Source: a virus (lineage: Duplodnaviria > Caudoviricetes). From it: a DNA stretch of 64,000 bases. The stretch lies in IMG/VR virus record IMGVR_UViG_3300011717_000032, positions 14,336 through 78,335 of that record, one strand, 5' to 3'. The notes under the pieces are model-generated. The model ran no database searches. It saw only the letters and a list, made by a program, of their open reading frames with translations, and was not told the origin of the DNA. Position 1 is the stretch's first letter, and the number at the start of each line of letters is the position of its first letter. The position numbers and the translations under genes are program-made. Positions 37,635 through 47,067 of the stretch are shown here, one piece after another.

Positions 37635-38033
37635 ATGCATGACCCACTGACCATTGCTGGCGGAGTAACATCCGCAACAATCGGAGTGACGTTCGCATCT
37701 ATGTTCCCGGAGGCTACGCCAGGCGTAATGCTCGGTGCGCTGTCCGGTGCTGCAATGTACGTGCTGACATCCGATCCACATCAATTCTGGAAGCAGTTCC
37801 TGTTCGCCGTCATCAGCTTTGTTGGTGGGGTGTTCTTCTCAGTACCGATGGCGAAGATACTGGCCGGAGTGATTAATGCTGGTCTTGGCTTACTTAAGCC
37901 ACCGGTAGTGATCGAAGTATCCCCGAATATCGGCGCGCTGGTTTCCGCTTCCATCTCTGTCGCAGTCCTGCTTCGTATCCTCGCCAAATCAAAACGGGGG
38001 AAGATGCCGGGACTGGAGGAGGAAGGCCAATGA
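37635..38033 (+). CDS. Putative holin/antiholin
   Basis: Several hydrophobic segments, charged C-terminus; first lysis gene. Confidence 0.75.
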   Translation: MHDPLTIAGGVTSATIGVTFASMFPEATPGVMLGALSGAAMYVLTSDPHQFWKQFLFAVISFVGGVFFSVPMAKILAGVINAGLGLLKPPVVIEVSPNIGALVSASISVAVLLRILAKSKRGKMPGLEEEGQ

Positions 38034-38311
38034 CATGGCAAACCATCGTTCTGGATGCAAACGCCATTATCTGCGCACTAATCGTTGTCAGGCTGATGTT
38101 CTTCAGTAAGAGCGGTAAACGGCATCGGCCAGGAGTGGCCTGGATGGCATATCTGATGATCCTTGCCTCCGGCTTCACTGCGTTCCGAATCCTCTATGGG
38201 AAATACCTGCAGGTGGATCCGGGAGAGTTAATGCTAAACCTCGCAATATGCGTCGCCGTGTGGCGTTCACGCGGTAACCTCGCAAAGGTATTCCAGAAGG
38301 CTGACCAATGA
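38030..38311 (+). CDS. Holin
   Basis: Three hydrophobic segments, RSRGNLAK C-terminus; precedes endolysin. Confidence 0.75.
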   Translation: MTWQTIVLDANAIICALIVVRLMFFSKSGKRHRPGVAWMAYLMILASGFTAFRILYGKYLQVDPGELMLNLAICVAVWRSRGNLAKVFQKADQ

Positions 38312-38850
38312 CCAAAGACGATATTTTCAATGGCATCCTCGGAAAAGAGGGAGGCTACGTGAATCATCCTGATGACAAAGGCGGCCCGACGAATTGGGGA
38401 ATTACCCAGGCGACCGCTCGCGCCCACGGTTTTAAAGGTGATATGCGTGACCTGACCCGTGAACAGGCCCTCATGATTCTGGAGAATGATTACTGGTATG
38501 GGCCACGCTTCGACCAGGTAGCGGTTGTCTCCCCGACCATTGCAGCTGAGCTCTGCGACACAGGTGTGAATATGGGGCCCTCGGTTCAGGTGAAGTGGTT
38601 ACAGCGCTGGCTTAACGCATTCAATGACCAGCAGAAACTTTATCCAGACCTGAGCGCCGACGGTCAGATTGGGCCACGCAGCATTAGCGCACTAAAGTCA
38701 TTTCTGGGTAAACGAGGCAAAGAAGGCGAGTCCGTATTGCTTCGCGCTCTAAATTGCAGCCAGGGTCAGCGTTACCTCGAACTGGCAGAGCAGCGACCTG
38801 CAAATGAGTCATTCATCTACGGATGGATGCGGGAGCGCGTGAGCCTATGA
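38308..38850 (+). CDS. Endolysin, glycoside hydrolase family 108
   Basis: KEGGYVNHPDDKGGPTNWGIT; FIYGWMRER. Confidence 0.93.
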   Translation: MTKDDIFNGILGKEGGYVNHPDDKGGPTNWGITQATARAHGFKGDMRDLTREQALMILENDYWYGPRFDQVAVVSPTIAAELCDTGVNMGPSVQVKWLQRWLNAFNDQQKLYPDLSADGQIGPRSISALKSFLGKRGKEGESVLLRALNCSQGQRYLELAEQRPANESFIYGWMRERVSL

Positions 38851-39119
38851 CGAATCTGAAAGCTATCTTTGCGTTTATCGCCGCCGCCGCGCTGGTGGTG
38901 CTTGGAGCTTTTGGTATTGGCAGTATGCGCGGCCGGGAGAAGGCAGAAGCCAAAGTTGATAAGCAGCGAACCGATGAGAATGCCGCGGCCACCAAAGCAG
39001 CCGCAGAACGCCGCGTTGAAGTAACCAAGGAGACCAGCAATGTTCAGCAGACTGTTAACCATATGCCTGATGACGATGTTGATCGTGAGCTGCGCGCAAA
39101 CTGGACCCGCAAAGGTTGA
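38847..39119 (+). CDS. Inner-membrane spanin (Rz-like)
   Basis: N-terminal TM then coiled coil; after endolysin. Confidence 0.75.
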   Translation: MTNLKAIFAFIAAAALVVLGAFGIGSMRGREKAEAKVDKQRTDENAAATKAAAERRVEVTKETSNVQQTVNHMPDDDVDRELRANWTRKG

Positions 39120-39258
39120 AGTTATCGACACCGGATGTGACTGGGTCAACGTCATTCGCCTCAGTGAGCACGACATTGAAGTAATGGATCGGCAGACGAA
39201 GAAAGACGTACTGGCGCATAACAAATCAGTGCAGGCGAACTGCCGCAAACAGGAGTAG
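39040..39258 (+). CDS. Outer-membrane spanin lipoprotein (Rz1-like)
   Basis: Lipobox LIVSC; overlaps i-spanin 3' end in another frame. Confidence 0.75.
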   Translation: MFSRLLTICLMTMLIVSCAQTGPAKVEVIDTGCDWVNVIRLSEHDIEVMDRQTKKDVLAHNKSVQANCRKQE

Positions 39259-39324
39259 CGCATGCTTCTGAGTTCACATTCCATAGCGGGTCTTTTCCCG
39301 TATCCGAAAAAGCGAGAGCAACTG

Positions 39325-39609
39325 ATGAGTGAAGCAAAACCGCAGGATGGCAGCACAGTAAAGGGTTATCGAACCCTTACCGACGACGACATCGCACAAA
39401 TGAATGAGCTGAAAGATATTAGCCGTGACTTTTGCGAAAAGCTCGATATCGAGCGCCATCACATTCACCTTGAGATTGAGGAAGGTGACGCACCGGATAA
39501 AGACCAGTGCAATGACGCTCTGCGCTGCCTGTCCATTGCCCGTACCAAAATGCAGGAAGCCTGTATGTGGGCCTGTCGTGCTGTAGCGCGTCCTGCCTCT
39601 GATTGTTAA
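39325..39609 (+). CDS. Acb2-like cyclic-oligonucleotide sponge
   Basis: KGYRTL..I..MNELK and R.L.IARTKMQ...M...RAVARP match the Acb2 family pattern as recalled. Confidence 0.75.
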   Translation: MSEAKPQDGSTVKGYRTLTDDDIAQMNELKDISRDFCEKLDIERHHIHLEIEEGDAPDKDQCNDALRCLSIARTKMQEACMWACRAVARPASDC

Positions 39610-39724
39610 GCCATTACAAAGCTCATCTGCTGGTGGGCTTGATAATGGTATCCCCCAGAGAGGATAAATTAAAAATATCCTCTGTAGCGGCTAAAGAAGT
39701 CAATCATTTATAAGAGGATAATCA

Positions 39725-39970
39725 ATGTCCGAAGTTACCGTCACACCTGCACAACAGATACGTTTGAATTTATTGGCATCTCTTGGTTATGACACTGCGG
39801 CAGCCGCAGAGGCCATTAAGTTCGTTGGTGATGATCCGCTGAAGTATCAGATTTTCGTAAACCAGTTAAGCCGGGTTACAACTGAAAATGGGTTGGTGGC
39901 CAGAACGACCAAAGCCATTAAAGAGTCGGAAGAAGCGCTCCTGCTTTTTGACACTGAATCTGGCAGTTGA
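39725..39970 (+). CDS. DUF2560-like small protein ending in ESGS
   Basis: AGAGGA RBS; AAAEAIKFVG..RTTKAIKESEEALLLF; terminator GCCTCGC-TTAT-GCGGGGCTTTTTT at 39991. Confidence 0.65.
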   Translation: MSEVTVTPAQQIRLNLLASLGYDTAAAAEAIKFVGDDPLKYQIFVNQLSRVTTENGLVARTTKAIKESEEALLLFDTESGS

Positions 39971-40020
39971 GCATTACCGTTATCTGGCTGGCCTCGCTTA
40001 TGCGGGGCTTTTTTATGCGC

Positions 40021-40121
40021 TTCGCACGCGCACCATGAAGAGAGTCTTTCAGTAGTGAGCCTGGGTGATGCCGTTAGGTTGCGTTTACCTCTCGGGCGGT
40101 ATTGCCGTGTGGCAGGCTCAC
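40021..40121 (+). ncRNA. Conserved non-coding motif plus long hairpin ahead of the glycosyltransferase cassette
   Basis: CGCACGCGCACCA..AAGAGAGTC.TTCAGT.GTGAG also at 3-37 in P1; GTGAGCCTG (40055) / CAGGCTCAC (40113) inverted repeat. Confidence 0.45.
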
Positions 40122-40139
40122 GCCTAAAAGGAAACGCAC

Positions 40140-41597
40140 ATGCAGGTCACAATAGACGGTGTCCCGTATGCACCTGTCAATAATTCACGCGCTGTAATTG
40201 GAATCGCCATAACCACCCATAACAGAGCTGAAGTTCTTAAACGTGCTATTGAGCAGCACATGAAGCATCTGCCTACTGGAACATTGCTGGTGGTGATCGA
40301 TGATGGCTCCAAACCTGCTGCAGTAGCGCCTGACGGTGTGCAACTGCTTCGTCATGAATCATCGCTCGGCATTGTCGCCTCGAAGAACGCCAGCCTGACC
40401 GCGCTGATTGATGCCGGATGTGAACACCTTTTTCTGTGGGATGATGACGCCTGGCCTATCTCCGATAACTGGCATCTGCCTTACATAGAATCACCAGAAC
40501 CGCACCTGGCTTACCAGTTCCTCGATTTGGCTGGCCGCAATAAGCTGAACGATATTGCTGTGCTGTACCGGGATGATAAGCACATCGCTTACACCGGTCA
40601 GCGCGGTGTGATGCTCTACTTCCACCGTAGCGCCATTGATAAGGTTGGCGGATTCGATCCGATATATTGCCGCGGTATGTATGAGCATCCAGATCTGGCC
40701 CTTCGCATTCACAACGCCGGGTTATCGACCTGGGCGTTCGCTGATGTGGCTGGCTCTGAAAAACTGATTCATTCGATGGATGAGCATGAAGAGGGCTCTC
40801 GCTCAATACCCCGGCCAGAACGCGAGAGTCTCGCAAAGGCAAATGCAATAATCTACAGCGCCCGTCGGGATAGTGGCTATACAGCATATGTACCTTACCG
40901 ACAGCAGCATGATGTTGTTATCACGTCTCTCCTGACAAACCAGCCCGATCCGCAACGCAAGGTTAAGATGCCAGCCGATGCAGCCTTATTGCAGGCGTGG
41001 GCCCGTTCCATTCGTGGTGCTAAGGCTGTGGTGCTGGCAGACGAACTTGCTACTGCGCCGGAAGGTGTAACCCTGCAGTCTGTTCCTACATTGAACATGA
41101 GCCCGTACTTTGCGCGCTGGCTGCATATCTATCAACACCTGAGAGAGCATCCAGAATATCGCTTCGTGTGGTGTACCGACGGTACAGACGTTGAGATGCT
41201 TCGGGAACCTTGGGCAGCAATGCAACCCGGTAAAATTTACGTCGGCTCTGAGCATAAGACGTATGCAGAAGAGTGGATGAAGGCTAATCACCACGGCAAA
41301 GCCTATAGCGAGTTCCTCGAAAGATATCGTGACGATCAGCTGCTGAATGCTGGCCTGATTGGTGGCAGCCGTGAAGATGTAATTGAGTTTGCCCACCGGA
41401 TCATCCGTCAGCACTACCTGATTGAAAGCCATCGCTTCTGGAAGATGGAGTCAGCACCCGCAACGCAGGTGGACATGGGCGCTTTCGGGATGGCTGCAAA
41501 GTCATTCGGTGATCGAATCGTTACCGGTCCTCTGGTTCACACCATCTTTAAAACTGAGGGTTTCGGTAAGGAGGCTGCCTGGTGGAAGCACAAATAA
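40140..41597 (+). CDS. Two-domain glycosyltransferase (GT2 + second GT-A domain)
   Basis: IAITTHNR, VVIDDGS, FLWDDD; second domain WCTDGTD..YVGSE..LLNAGLIGG. Confidence 0.88.
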   Translation: MQVTIDGVPYAPVNNSRAVIGIAITTHNRAEVLKRAIEQHMKHLPTGTLLVVIDDGSKPAAVAPDGVQLLRHESSLGIVASKNASLTALIDAGCEHLFLWDDDAWPISDNWHLPYIESPEPHLAYQFLDLAGRNKLNDIAVLYRDDKHIAYTGQRGVMLYFHRSAIDKVGGFDPIYCRGMYEHPDLALRIHNAGLSTWAFADVAGSEKLIHSMDEHEEGSRSIPRPERESLAKANAIIYSARRDSGYTAYVPYRQQHDVVITSLLTNQPDPQRKVKMPADAALLQAWARSIRGAKAVVLADELATAPEGVTLQSVPTLNMSPYFARWLHIYQHLREHPEYRFVWCTDGTDVEMLREPWAAMQPGKIYVGSEHKTYAEEWMKANHHGKAYSEFLERYRDDQLLNAGLIGGSREDVIEFAHRIIRQHYLIESHRFWKMESAPATQVDMGAFGMAAKSFGDRIVTGPLVHTIFKTEGFGKEAAWWKHK

Positions 41598-42175
41598 AGT
41601 TTATTGTGGTCGGTCATCATAAGCGCTTTGAGCAGGCAAGCTCACTGGCTGCAGCTATAGGGCCAGCTTGTACGATGCTGATTGATGAGCAATACAGCGG
41701 AGCAAATGCCGGACATCGCCGCGCGCTTGAGTGGGCATTATGGCAGGATTGCCGTGTAGTAATTCTGGAAGATGATGCGCTGCCCGTCGCTGGCTTTACT
41801 GAGCTGGTGGGTGAATGGCTGAACCGCTTCCCTGATTCGCTTGTGAGCTTTTACCTGGGCACTGGCCGCCCACCTCAGTATCAGATGCAGGTAGCCGAAC
41901 GGCTGATTGTTGCTGATAAGACTCGGGCTGACTTCATCACGCTATCCCGCCTGATTCATGGTGTCTGTTACAGCGTACCTCCTCAGAAGATTCACAGCGT
42001 GCTCTCCCGATGGGATAGCAGTAAGCCTGCTGATTATGCAGTAGGTGACGCATATGGTGGTGCGGTGGTCTACCCATGCTGGTCTCTGGTGGACCATGCC
42101 GACGGCGAACCGGTTGAGCGACACCCTGACGCAGCCCCACGAACAGAGCGCCGTCGTGCGTGGAGGTTAGCCTGA
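41582..42175 (+). CDS. Second glycosyltransferase-like protein (GT25-like EDD motif)
   Basis: GHRRALEW, VVILEDDALP, SFYLGTGRP, SLVDHAD; GGAGG RBS; TGATG-coupled to HNH. Confidence 0.75.
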   Translation: MEAQIKFIVVGHHKRFEQASSLAAAIGPACTMLIDEQYSGANAGHRRALEWALWQDCRVVILEDDALPVAGFTELVGEWLNRFPDSLVSFYLGTGRPPQYQMQVAERLIVADKTRADFITLSRLIHGVCYSVPPQKIHSVLSRWDSSKPADYAVGDAYGGAVVYPCWSLVDHADGEPVERHPDAAPRTERRRAWRLA

Positions 42176-42525
42176 TGCCTGCGTTAATACCCAGAGCATG
42201 CCGCAAGCGTGGCTGTTCAGGCACAACTACAGACCGCTCAGGCTACTGCCCTACGCACCTTAATGAAGGCTGGCAACAGCATCAGCGAGGACAAAGCAGA
42301 CATCAGCGCGGCTATGGCAGCAAATGGGACAGGCTGCGTCCTCTCGTTCTCAACAGAGATAAACATCTTTGTCGGGAGTGCCTGAGGAATGGACGGTACA
42401 CACCTGCTGAGACGGTCGATCACATTACCGCTAAAGCGAATGGGGGTACCGATGACCTGTCCAATCTCGAAAGCCTCTGCAAGCCTTGCCACAGGGCGAA
42501 GACAGCGGTCGAAAGGCTCAAATGA
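42175..42525 (+). CDS. HNH endonuclease (terminase-associated)
   Basis: CRECL..VDHITAKANGGTDDLSNLESLCKPCH; paralog of 80-430. Confidence 0.92.
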   Translation: MPALIPRACRKRGCSGTTTDRSGYCPTHLNEGWQQHQRGQSRHQRGYGSKWDRLRPLVLNRDKHLCRECLRNGRYTPAETVDHITAKANGGTDDLSNLESLCKPCHRAKTAVERLK

Positions 42526-42610
42526 TATCAATTCTCACTTGCATCGACCGAGGGGGAGGGCGGGTTGAAAGTTCAGGAACGACGCGCCAAAGGACCGCCG
42601 CCTAACCTCT
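42522..42610 (+). other. Putative cos region of P2
   Basis: Same motif set as 660-745, including ACCGCCGCCT at 42594. Confidence 0.65.
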
Positions 42611-42682
42611 TTTCACATCGCCGCAGGTTAGAAAACTTTTTTATGGGGTCCCCCATTCGATGATTAATAGGAGTTTTCGATT

Positions 42683-43156
42683 ATGTCAGGACCACCGAAA
42701 ACCCCGACCCATCTACGTTTGGTGAGGGGTAACCCATCAAAACGCCCGATCAACGAAAACGAACCAAAACCAGCTGCTGGGGTACCCCCAACACCGAAGC
42801 ATTTCGACAAGCAGGGGAAATACTGGTTTAAGCGAATGGCCGAGGAGCTTGATGCTATCGGCGTGATGTCGCAGCTGGATGCCAGAGCCCTGGAATTGCT
42901 GGTGGAGGCATATACCGAGTATCGGCACCACTGCGAAACGCTCGAAGTTGAGGGCTATACCTACCGGACCGAAACACAGACAGGTGATGTGATGATCAAG
43001 GCTCACCCGGCCGCGATCATGAAAGCCGATGCCTGGAAACGTCTTCGCGCCATGCTTGGTGAGTTCGGCATGACCCCAGCCAGTCGCTCTAAGGTGAATG
43101 CAAAAGCGCCGGATGCGGTTGACCCGCTGGCCGAGTTTATGAAAGCGAGGGACTAA
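42683..43156 (+). CDS. terS: Terminase small subunit (P27 family)
   Basis: GPPKTPTHLRLVRGNPSKR, KAHPA, EFGMTPASR. Confidence 0.92.
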   Translation: MSGPPKTPTHLRLVRGNPSKRPINENEPKPAAGVPPTPKHFDKQGKYWFKRMAEELDAIGVMSQLDARALELLVEAYTEYRHHCETLEVEGYTYRTETQTGDVMIKAHPAAIMKADAWKRLRAMLGEFGMTPASRSKVNAKAPDAVDPLAEFMKARD

Positions 43157-44892
43157 TGGCTAAGGTTGCAGATGGCATCCGCTACGCCGAGAAGGTAGTG
43201 GCAGGGGAAATTATTGCCTGCGAGTATGTGCGCCTTGCCTGTCAGCGTTTTATTGACGATCTGGCGAACGGTGAAGAGCGTGGAATCTTTTTCAGCGAGC
43301 CCCGCGCGCAGCACATATTAAATTTTTATAAGTTTGTTCCACATGTTAAGGGCGCACTGGCAGGACAGCCCATTGAACTGATGGACTGGCATGTATTCAT
43401 CCTGATTAATATTTATGGCTTCGTGATCCCGTTGGTTAACGAAGAAACGGGAGAACCGGTCCTGCGTAACGATGGGAGCGGGCGACCGGTAATGGTCAGG
43501 CGGTTCCGTACAGCAGATGTCGAAGTGGCCCGTAAAAACGCCAAATCAACTCTTTGCTCTGGCGTTGGGCTGTATATGGCTGGTGCTGATGGCGAGGGCG
43601 GCGCGGAGGTCTATTCTGCTGCTACCACTCGTGACCAGGCGCGAATTGTTTTTGAAGATGCGAAGAACATGGTCAAGAAGGCGAAAGCCACCCTTGGGCG
43701 ACTCTTCGAATTCAACAAACTTGCCATCTATCAGGAGCAGACGGCTTCTAAATTCGAGCCGTTATCATCAGACGCAAACAACCTCGACGGCCTGAACATC
43801 CACTGCGCCATCGTAGACGAACTGCATGCTCACAAAACCCGTGACGTCTGGGACGTGCTAGAGACCGCAACAGGCGCGCGCCTTCAGTCGTTATTGTTCG
43901 GCATCACTACCGCAGGGTTCAACAAAGAGGGCATCTGTTACGAGCTGCGCGATTACGCCATTAAGGTGCTACGTGGCCTTGTAAAAGACGACACGTTTTT
44001 CGCAATCATCTACACCCTGGATGATGGTGACGATCCCTTTGATGAAAAAGTCTGGCAAAAGGCGAATCCGGGGCTGGGTATATGCAAGCGCTGGGATGAT
44101 CTGCGCCGTCTGGCGAAAAAGGCGAAAGAGCAGGTTTCGGCCAGGGTTAACTTTTTCACAAAGCACATGAATATCTGGGTTACCGCTGAATCTGCCTGGA
44201 TGGACATGATGAAGTGGGAAAAATGCGAAGTTATTGCCCCGCAGCATGAGCTTAAAACCTATCCCTCATGGGTTGGTGTGGATCTTTCAAACAAGATAGA
44301 TATTTGTGCTGCAGTCAAAGTCTGGCGAGCGCCTGACGGCCACGTACATGCTGATTTTAAATTCTGGTTACCAGAAGGTCGCCTGGAGAAGTGTTCCCGC
44401 CAGATGGCCGAGCTTTATCGAAAGTGGGCAGAACTGGACAGGCTAATCCTTACTGACGGGGATGTAATCGACCATGCCCAGATCAAAGAGGAGCTTCAGC
44501 AATGGGTTGCAGGTGAGAGCCTGAAAGAAATCGGCTTCGACCCTTGGAGCGCAACCCAGTTTAGTCTGGCGCTGGCAGAAGAAGGGCTTCCGCTGGTGGA
44601 AGTACCGCAGACGGTTCGCAACTACTCAGAAGCGATGAAAGAAGTAGAAGCCCTGGTTTATGGTGGGCGCTTCCATCACAGCGATCACCCGGTCATGAAC
44701 TGGATGATGTCGAACGTAACCGTCAAGCCTGACCGGAACGAGAACATTTTCCCGAACAAGTCCACACCAGAGGCCAAAATTGACGGCCCAGCTGCGTTGT
44801 TTACGGCAATGAGCCGCGTTCTGGTTAATGGGGGCAACGACCAGCAGGATCTTTCCGGATTCTTCAACAATCCCATCATGGTAGGTTTCTGA
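43156..44892 (+). CDS. terL: Terminase large subunit
   Basis: VARKNAKS, IVDELHAH, KIDG motifs. Confidence 0.95.
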   Translation: MAKVADGIRYAEKVVAGEIIACEYVRLACQRFIDDLANGEERGIFFSEPRAQHILNFYKFVPHVKGALAGQPIELMDWHVFILINIYGFVIPLVNEETGEPVLRNDGSGRPVMVRRFRTADVEVARKNAKSTLCSGVGLYMAGADGEGGAEVYSAATTRDQARIVFEDAKNMVKKAKATLGRLFEFNKLAIYQEQTASKFEPLSSDANNLDGLNIHCAIVDELHAHKTRDVWDVLETATGARLQSLLFGITTAGFNKEGICYELRDYAIKVLRGLVKDDTFFAIIYTLDDGDDPFDEKVWQKANPGLGICKRWDDLRRLAKKAKEQVSARVNFFTKHMNIWVTAESAWMDMMKWEKCEVIAPQHELKTYPSWVGVDLSNKIDICAAVKVWRAPDGHVHADFKFWLPEGRLEKCSRQMAELYRKWAELDRLILTDGDVIDHAQIKEELQQWVAGESLKEIGFDPWSATQFSLALAEEGLPLVEVPQTVRNYSEAMKEVEALVYGGRFHHSDHPVMNWMMSNVTVKPDRNENIFPNKSTPEAKIDGPAALFTAMSRVLVNGGNDQQDLSGFFNNPIMVGF

Positions 44893-46196
44893 TGAAAAAA
44901 AACAAACAGCCAGGCAAGGTGAAAAGCGCCTTGCTTAACTGGCTTGGGGTTCCTATCAGCCTGACTACCGGTACATTCTGGGAGGAGTGGTTTGGTACCA
45001 GTAGCAGCGGGAAGGTGGTAACGGCCGATAAAGCTATCCAGCTTTCAGCTGTCTGGGCATGTGTAAGGCTTTTAAGTGAGTCCATTTCGACTCTACCGCT
45101 GAAAATATACGTGCGTCAGCCTGACGGCTCGCGTAAGCCTGCGGCAGATCATCCGGCCTATTCTGTGCTATGCCGTCGACCCAATTCAGAAATGACGCCA
45201 TCACGATTTATGTTGATGGTTGTTGCCAGTATCTGCCTGCGCGGGAATGCCTTTATTGAAAAGAAGTTCATCGCAAACCGGCTGGTTTCACTGGTTCCAT
45301 TGCTACCACAGAACATGGTAGTGAAGCGCCTCGATAGTGGGGCGCTTGAATATACCTATACCGAGAAAGGCAAGGAGCGTGTCATTCCGGTAAAAAACAT
45401 CATGCATATTCGCGGATTCGGCCTTGATGGTGTTTGCGGCATGATGCCGATGAAAACTGGTCGTGATGTCATCGGCTCAGCCATGGCGGTTGAAGAGTCA
45501 GCAGCAAAAATTTTCGAGCAAGGATTACAGAGTTCTGGCTTCCTAACAGCAGAGCAAGCATTGAGCGATGAGCAAAGGGAAAGACTTCGCGGCTACATGG
45601 CATCATTCACCGGCTCTAAAAACGCCGGAAAAATTATGGTTCTTGAGGGCGGGCTGAAATATCAGGGTGTAACTATGAATCCTGAAGATGCCCAGATGCT
45701 CGAAAGCCGATCCTTCAGCATTGAGGAAATCTGCCGCTGGTTTCGGGTACCGCCTTTCATGGTAGGTCACACCACCAAACAAAGCAGTTGGGCCTCCAGC
45801 CTTGAAGGCATGAACCTGCAATTCCTGACTCACACACTTCGACCGCTGCTGGTGAATATTGAGCAGGAAATTGGTCGGTGCTTGCTCGATAGCGATGATG
45901 AAGTATTCGCCGAGTTCTCCGTTGAAGGACTTCTACGCGCAGATAGCGCGGGCCGTGCAGCTTACTATACCAGTGCGCTGCAGAATGGCTGGATGTCCCG
46001 CAATGACGTTCGCCGTCTTGAGAACATGCCGCCTATTGAAGGAGGCGATATCTATACAGTTCAGCTTAATTTGACCCAGCTGAAAAACCTCGAAAACAGC
46101 AATCCTGCAGTTCAGGCACTCGCCCTGAGAGAACTGCATAACCATGTATTCCCCGATATTTCCTTTGAACAATCTCCGCTGAAACAGGCCGCTTAG
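44892..46196 (+). CDS. Portal protein
   Basis: Close paralog of 2987-4291. Confidence 0.95.
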   Translation: MKKNKQPGKVKSALLNWLGVPISLTTGTFWEEWFGTSSSGKVVTADKAIQLSAVWACVRLLSESISTLPLKIYVRQPDGSRKPAADHPAYSVLCRRPNSEMTPSRFMLMVVASICLRGNAFIEKKFIANRLVSLVPLLPQNMVVKRLDSGALEYTYTEKGKERVIPVKNIMHIRGFGLDGVCGMMPMKTGRDVIGSAMAVEESAAKIFEQGLQSSGFLTAEQALSDEQRERLRGYMASFTGSKNAGKIMVLEGGLKYQGVTMNPEDAQMLESRSFSIEEICRWFRVPPFMVGHTTKQSSWASSLEGMNLQFLTHTLRPLLVNIEQEIGRCLLDSDDEVFAEFSVEGLLRADSAGRAAYYTSALQNGWMSRNDVRRLENMPPIEGGDIYTVQLNLTQLKNLENSNPAVQALALRELHNHVFPDISFEQSPLKQAA

Positions 46197-46209
46197 GAGC
46201 AATTTCCTG

Positions 46210-47058
46210 ATGAGCAAAAAACAACTTCCGGCTGCACCGGCGGGTCGCCCCTGCGCGCGTGTTACCTGTGAAACGTTACCCTCTGCAATGGACCGCTGGG
46301 ACGGTGGAATAAAAGCCGCGGCCACCGACGATAACAGCATTTCTGTTTTTGATGTTATCGGACAGGACTACTGGGGCGAAGGGGTGACAGCTAAACGTAT
46401 TGCTGGTGCACTTCGGGCGATGAACGGCGCCGACGTTACGGTGAATATCAACTCACCGGGCGGCGACATGTTCGAAGGTCTGGCAATTTATAACCTTCTC
46501 CGCGAATACGAAGGCCGTGTAACGGTGAAGGTGCTGGGCATTGCCGCCAGTGCCGCCTCGATAATTGCGATGGCCGGGGATGATATTAAGATTGGCCGTG
46601 GTGCCTTCCTGATGATCCACAACTGCTGGGTATACGCGATGGGCAACCGCCATGACTTTGCTGAACTGGCACAGTCTCTGGAGCCCTTCGATACCGCAAT
46701 GGCTGATATCTACGCTGCGCGCTCCGGTCTTGATATGGCCGCCGTACAGAAGCTGATGGATGCAGAAAGTTATATCGGTGGAAGTGACGCCGTGGTGAAA
46801 GGCCTGGCAGACAGCCTGCTTTCGGCTGATGCGGTCAGCGATGGTGATGATTCACCGTCTGCAGCATTGCGCAAACTCGATGCGCTGCTGGCTAAAACCA
46901 ATACCCCGCGCTCTGAGCGCCGAAAACTGATTAAAGCCTTATCCGGTGGCATGCCTGGCGCTGTCACCACCAATGACGGTACGCCGGGCGCTACCGCAGA
47001 AATCAAACCTGAAACTATCAATTCACTTGAAAGCGCCCTGGCGGCGTTAGTCAATTAA
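46210..47058 (+). CDS. ClpP-like prohead protease
   Basis: INSPGGD, AASAAS, LMIHN. Confidence 0.93.
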   Translation: MSKKQLPAAPAGRPCARVTCETLPSAMDRWDGGIKAAATDDNSISVFDVIGQDYWGEGVTAKRIAGALRAMNGADVTVNINSPGGDMFEGLAIYNLLREYEGRVTVKVLGIAASAASIIAMAGDDIKIGRGAFLMIHNCWVYAMGNRHDFAELAQSLEPFDTAMADIYAARSGLDMAAVQKLMDAESYIGGSDAVVKGLADSLLSADAVSDGDDSPSAALRKLDALLAKTNTPRSERRKLIKALSGGMPGAVTTNDGTPGATAEIKPETINSLESALAALVN

Positions 47059-47067
47059 GGACCATTT

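Noticed and set aside
39262-39324. Longer start for the Acb2-like ORF
   Set aside because: The extension adds no motif; ATG 39325 gives a length matching the family
40140-42175. GT pair as a classical O-antigen conversion (gtrABC) locus
   Set aside because: No flippase or membrane GT; neither protein has obvious TM segments; located in the late operon rather than beside att. Not excluded, but less well supported
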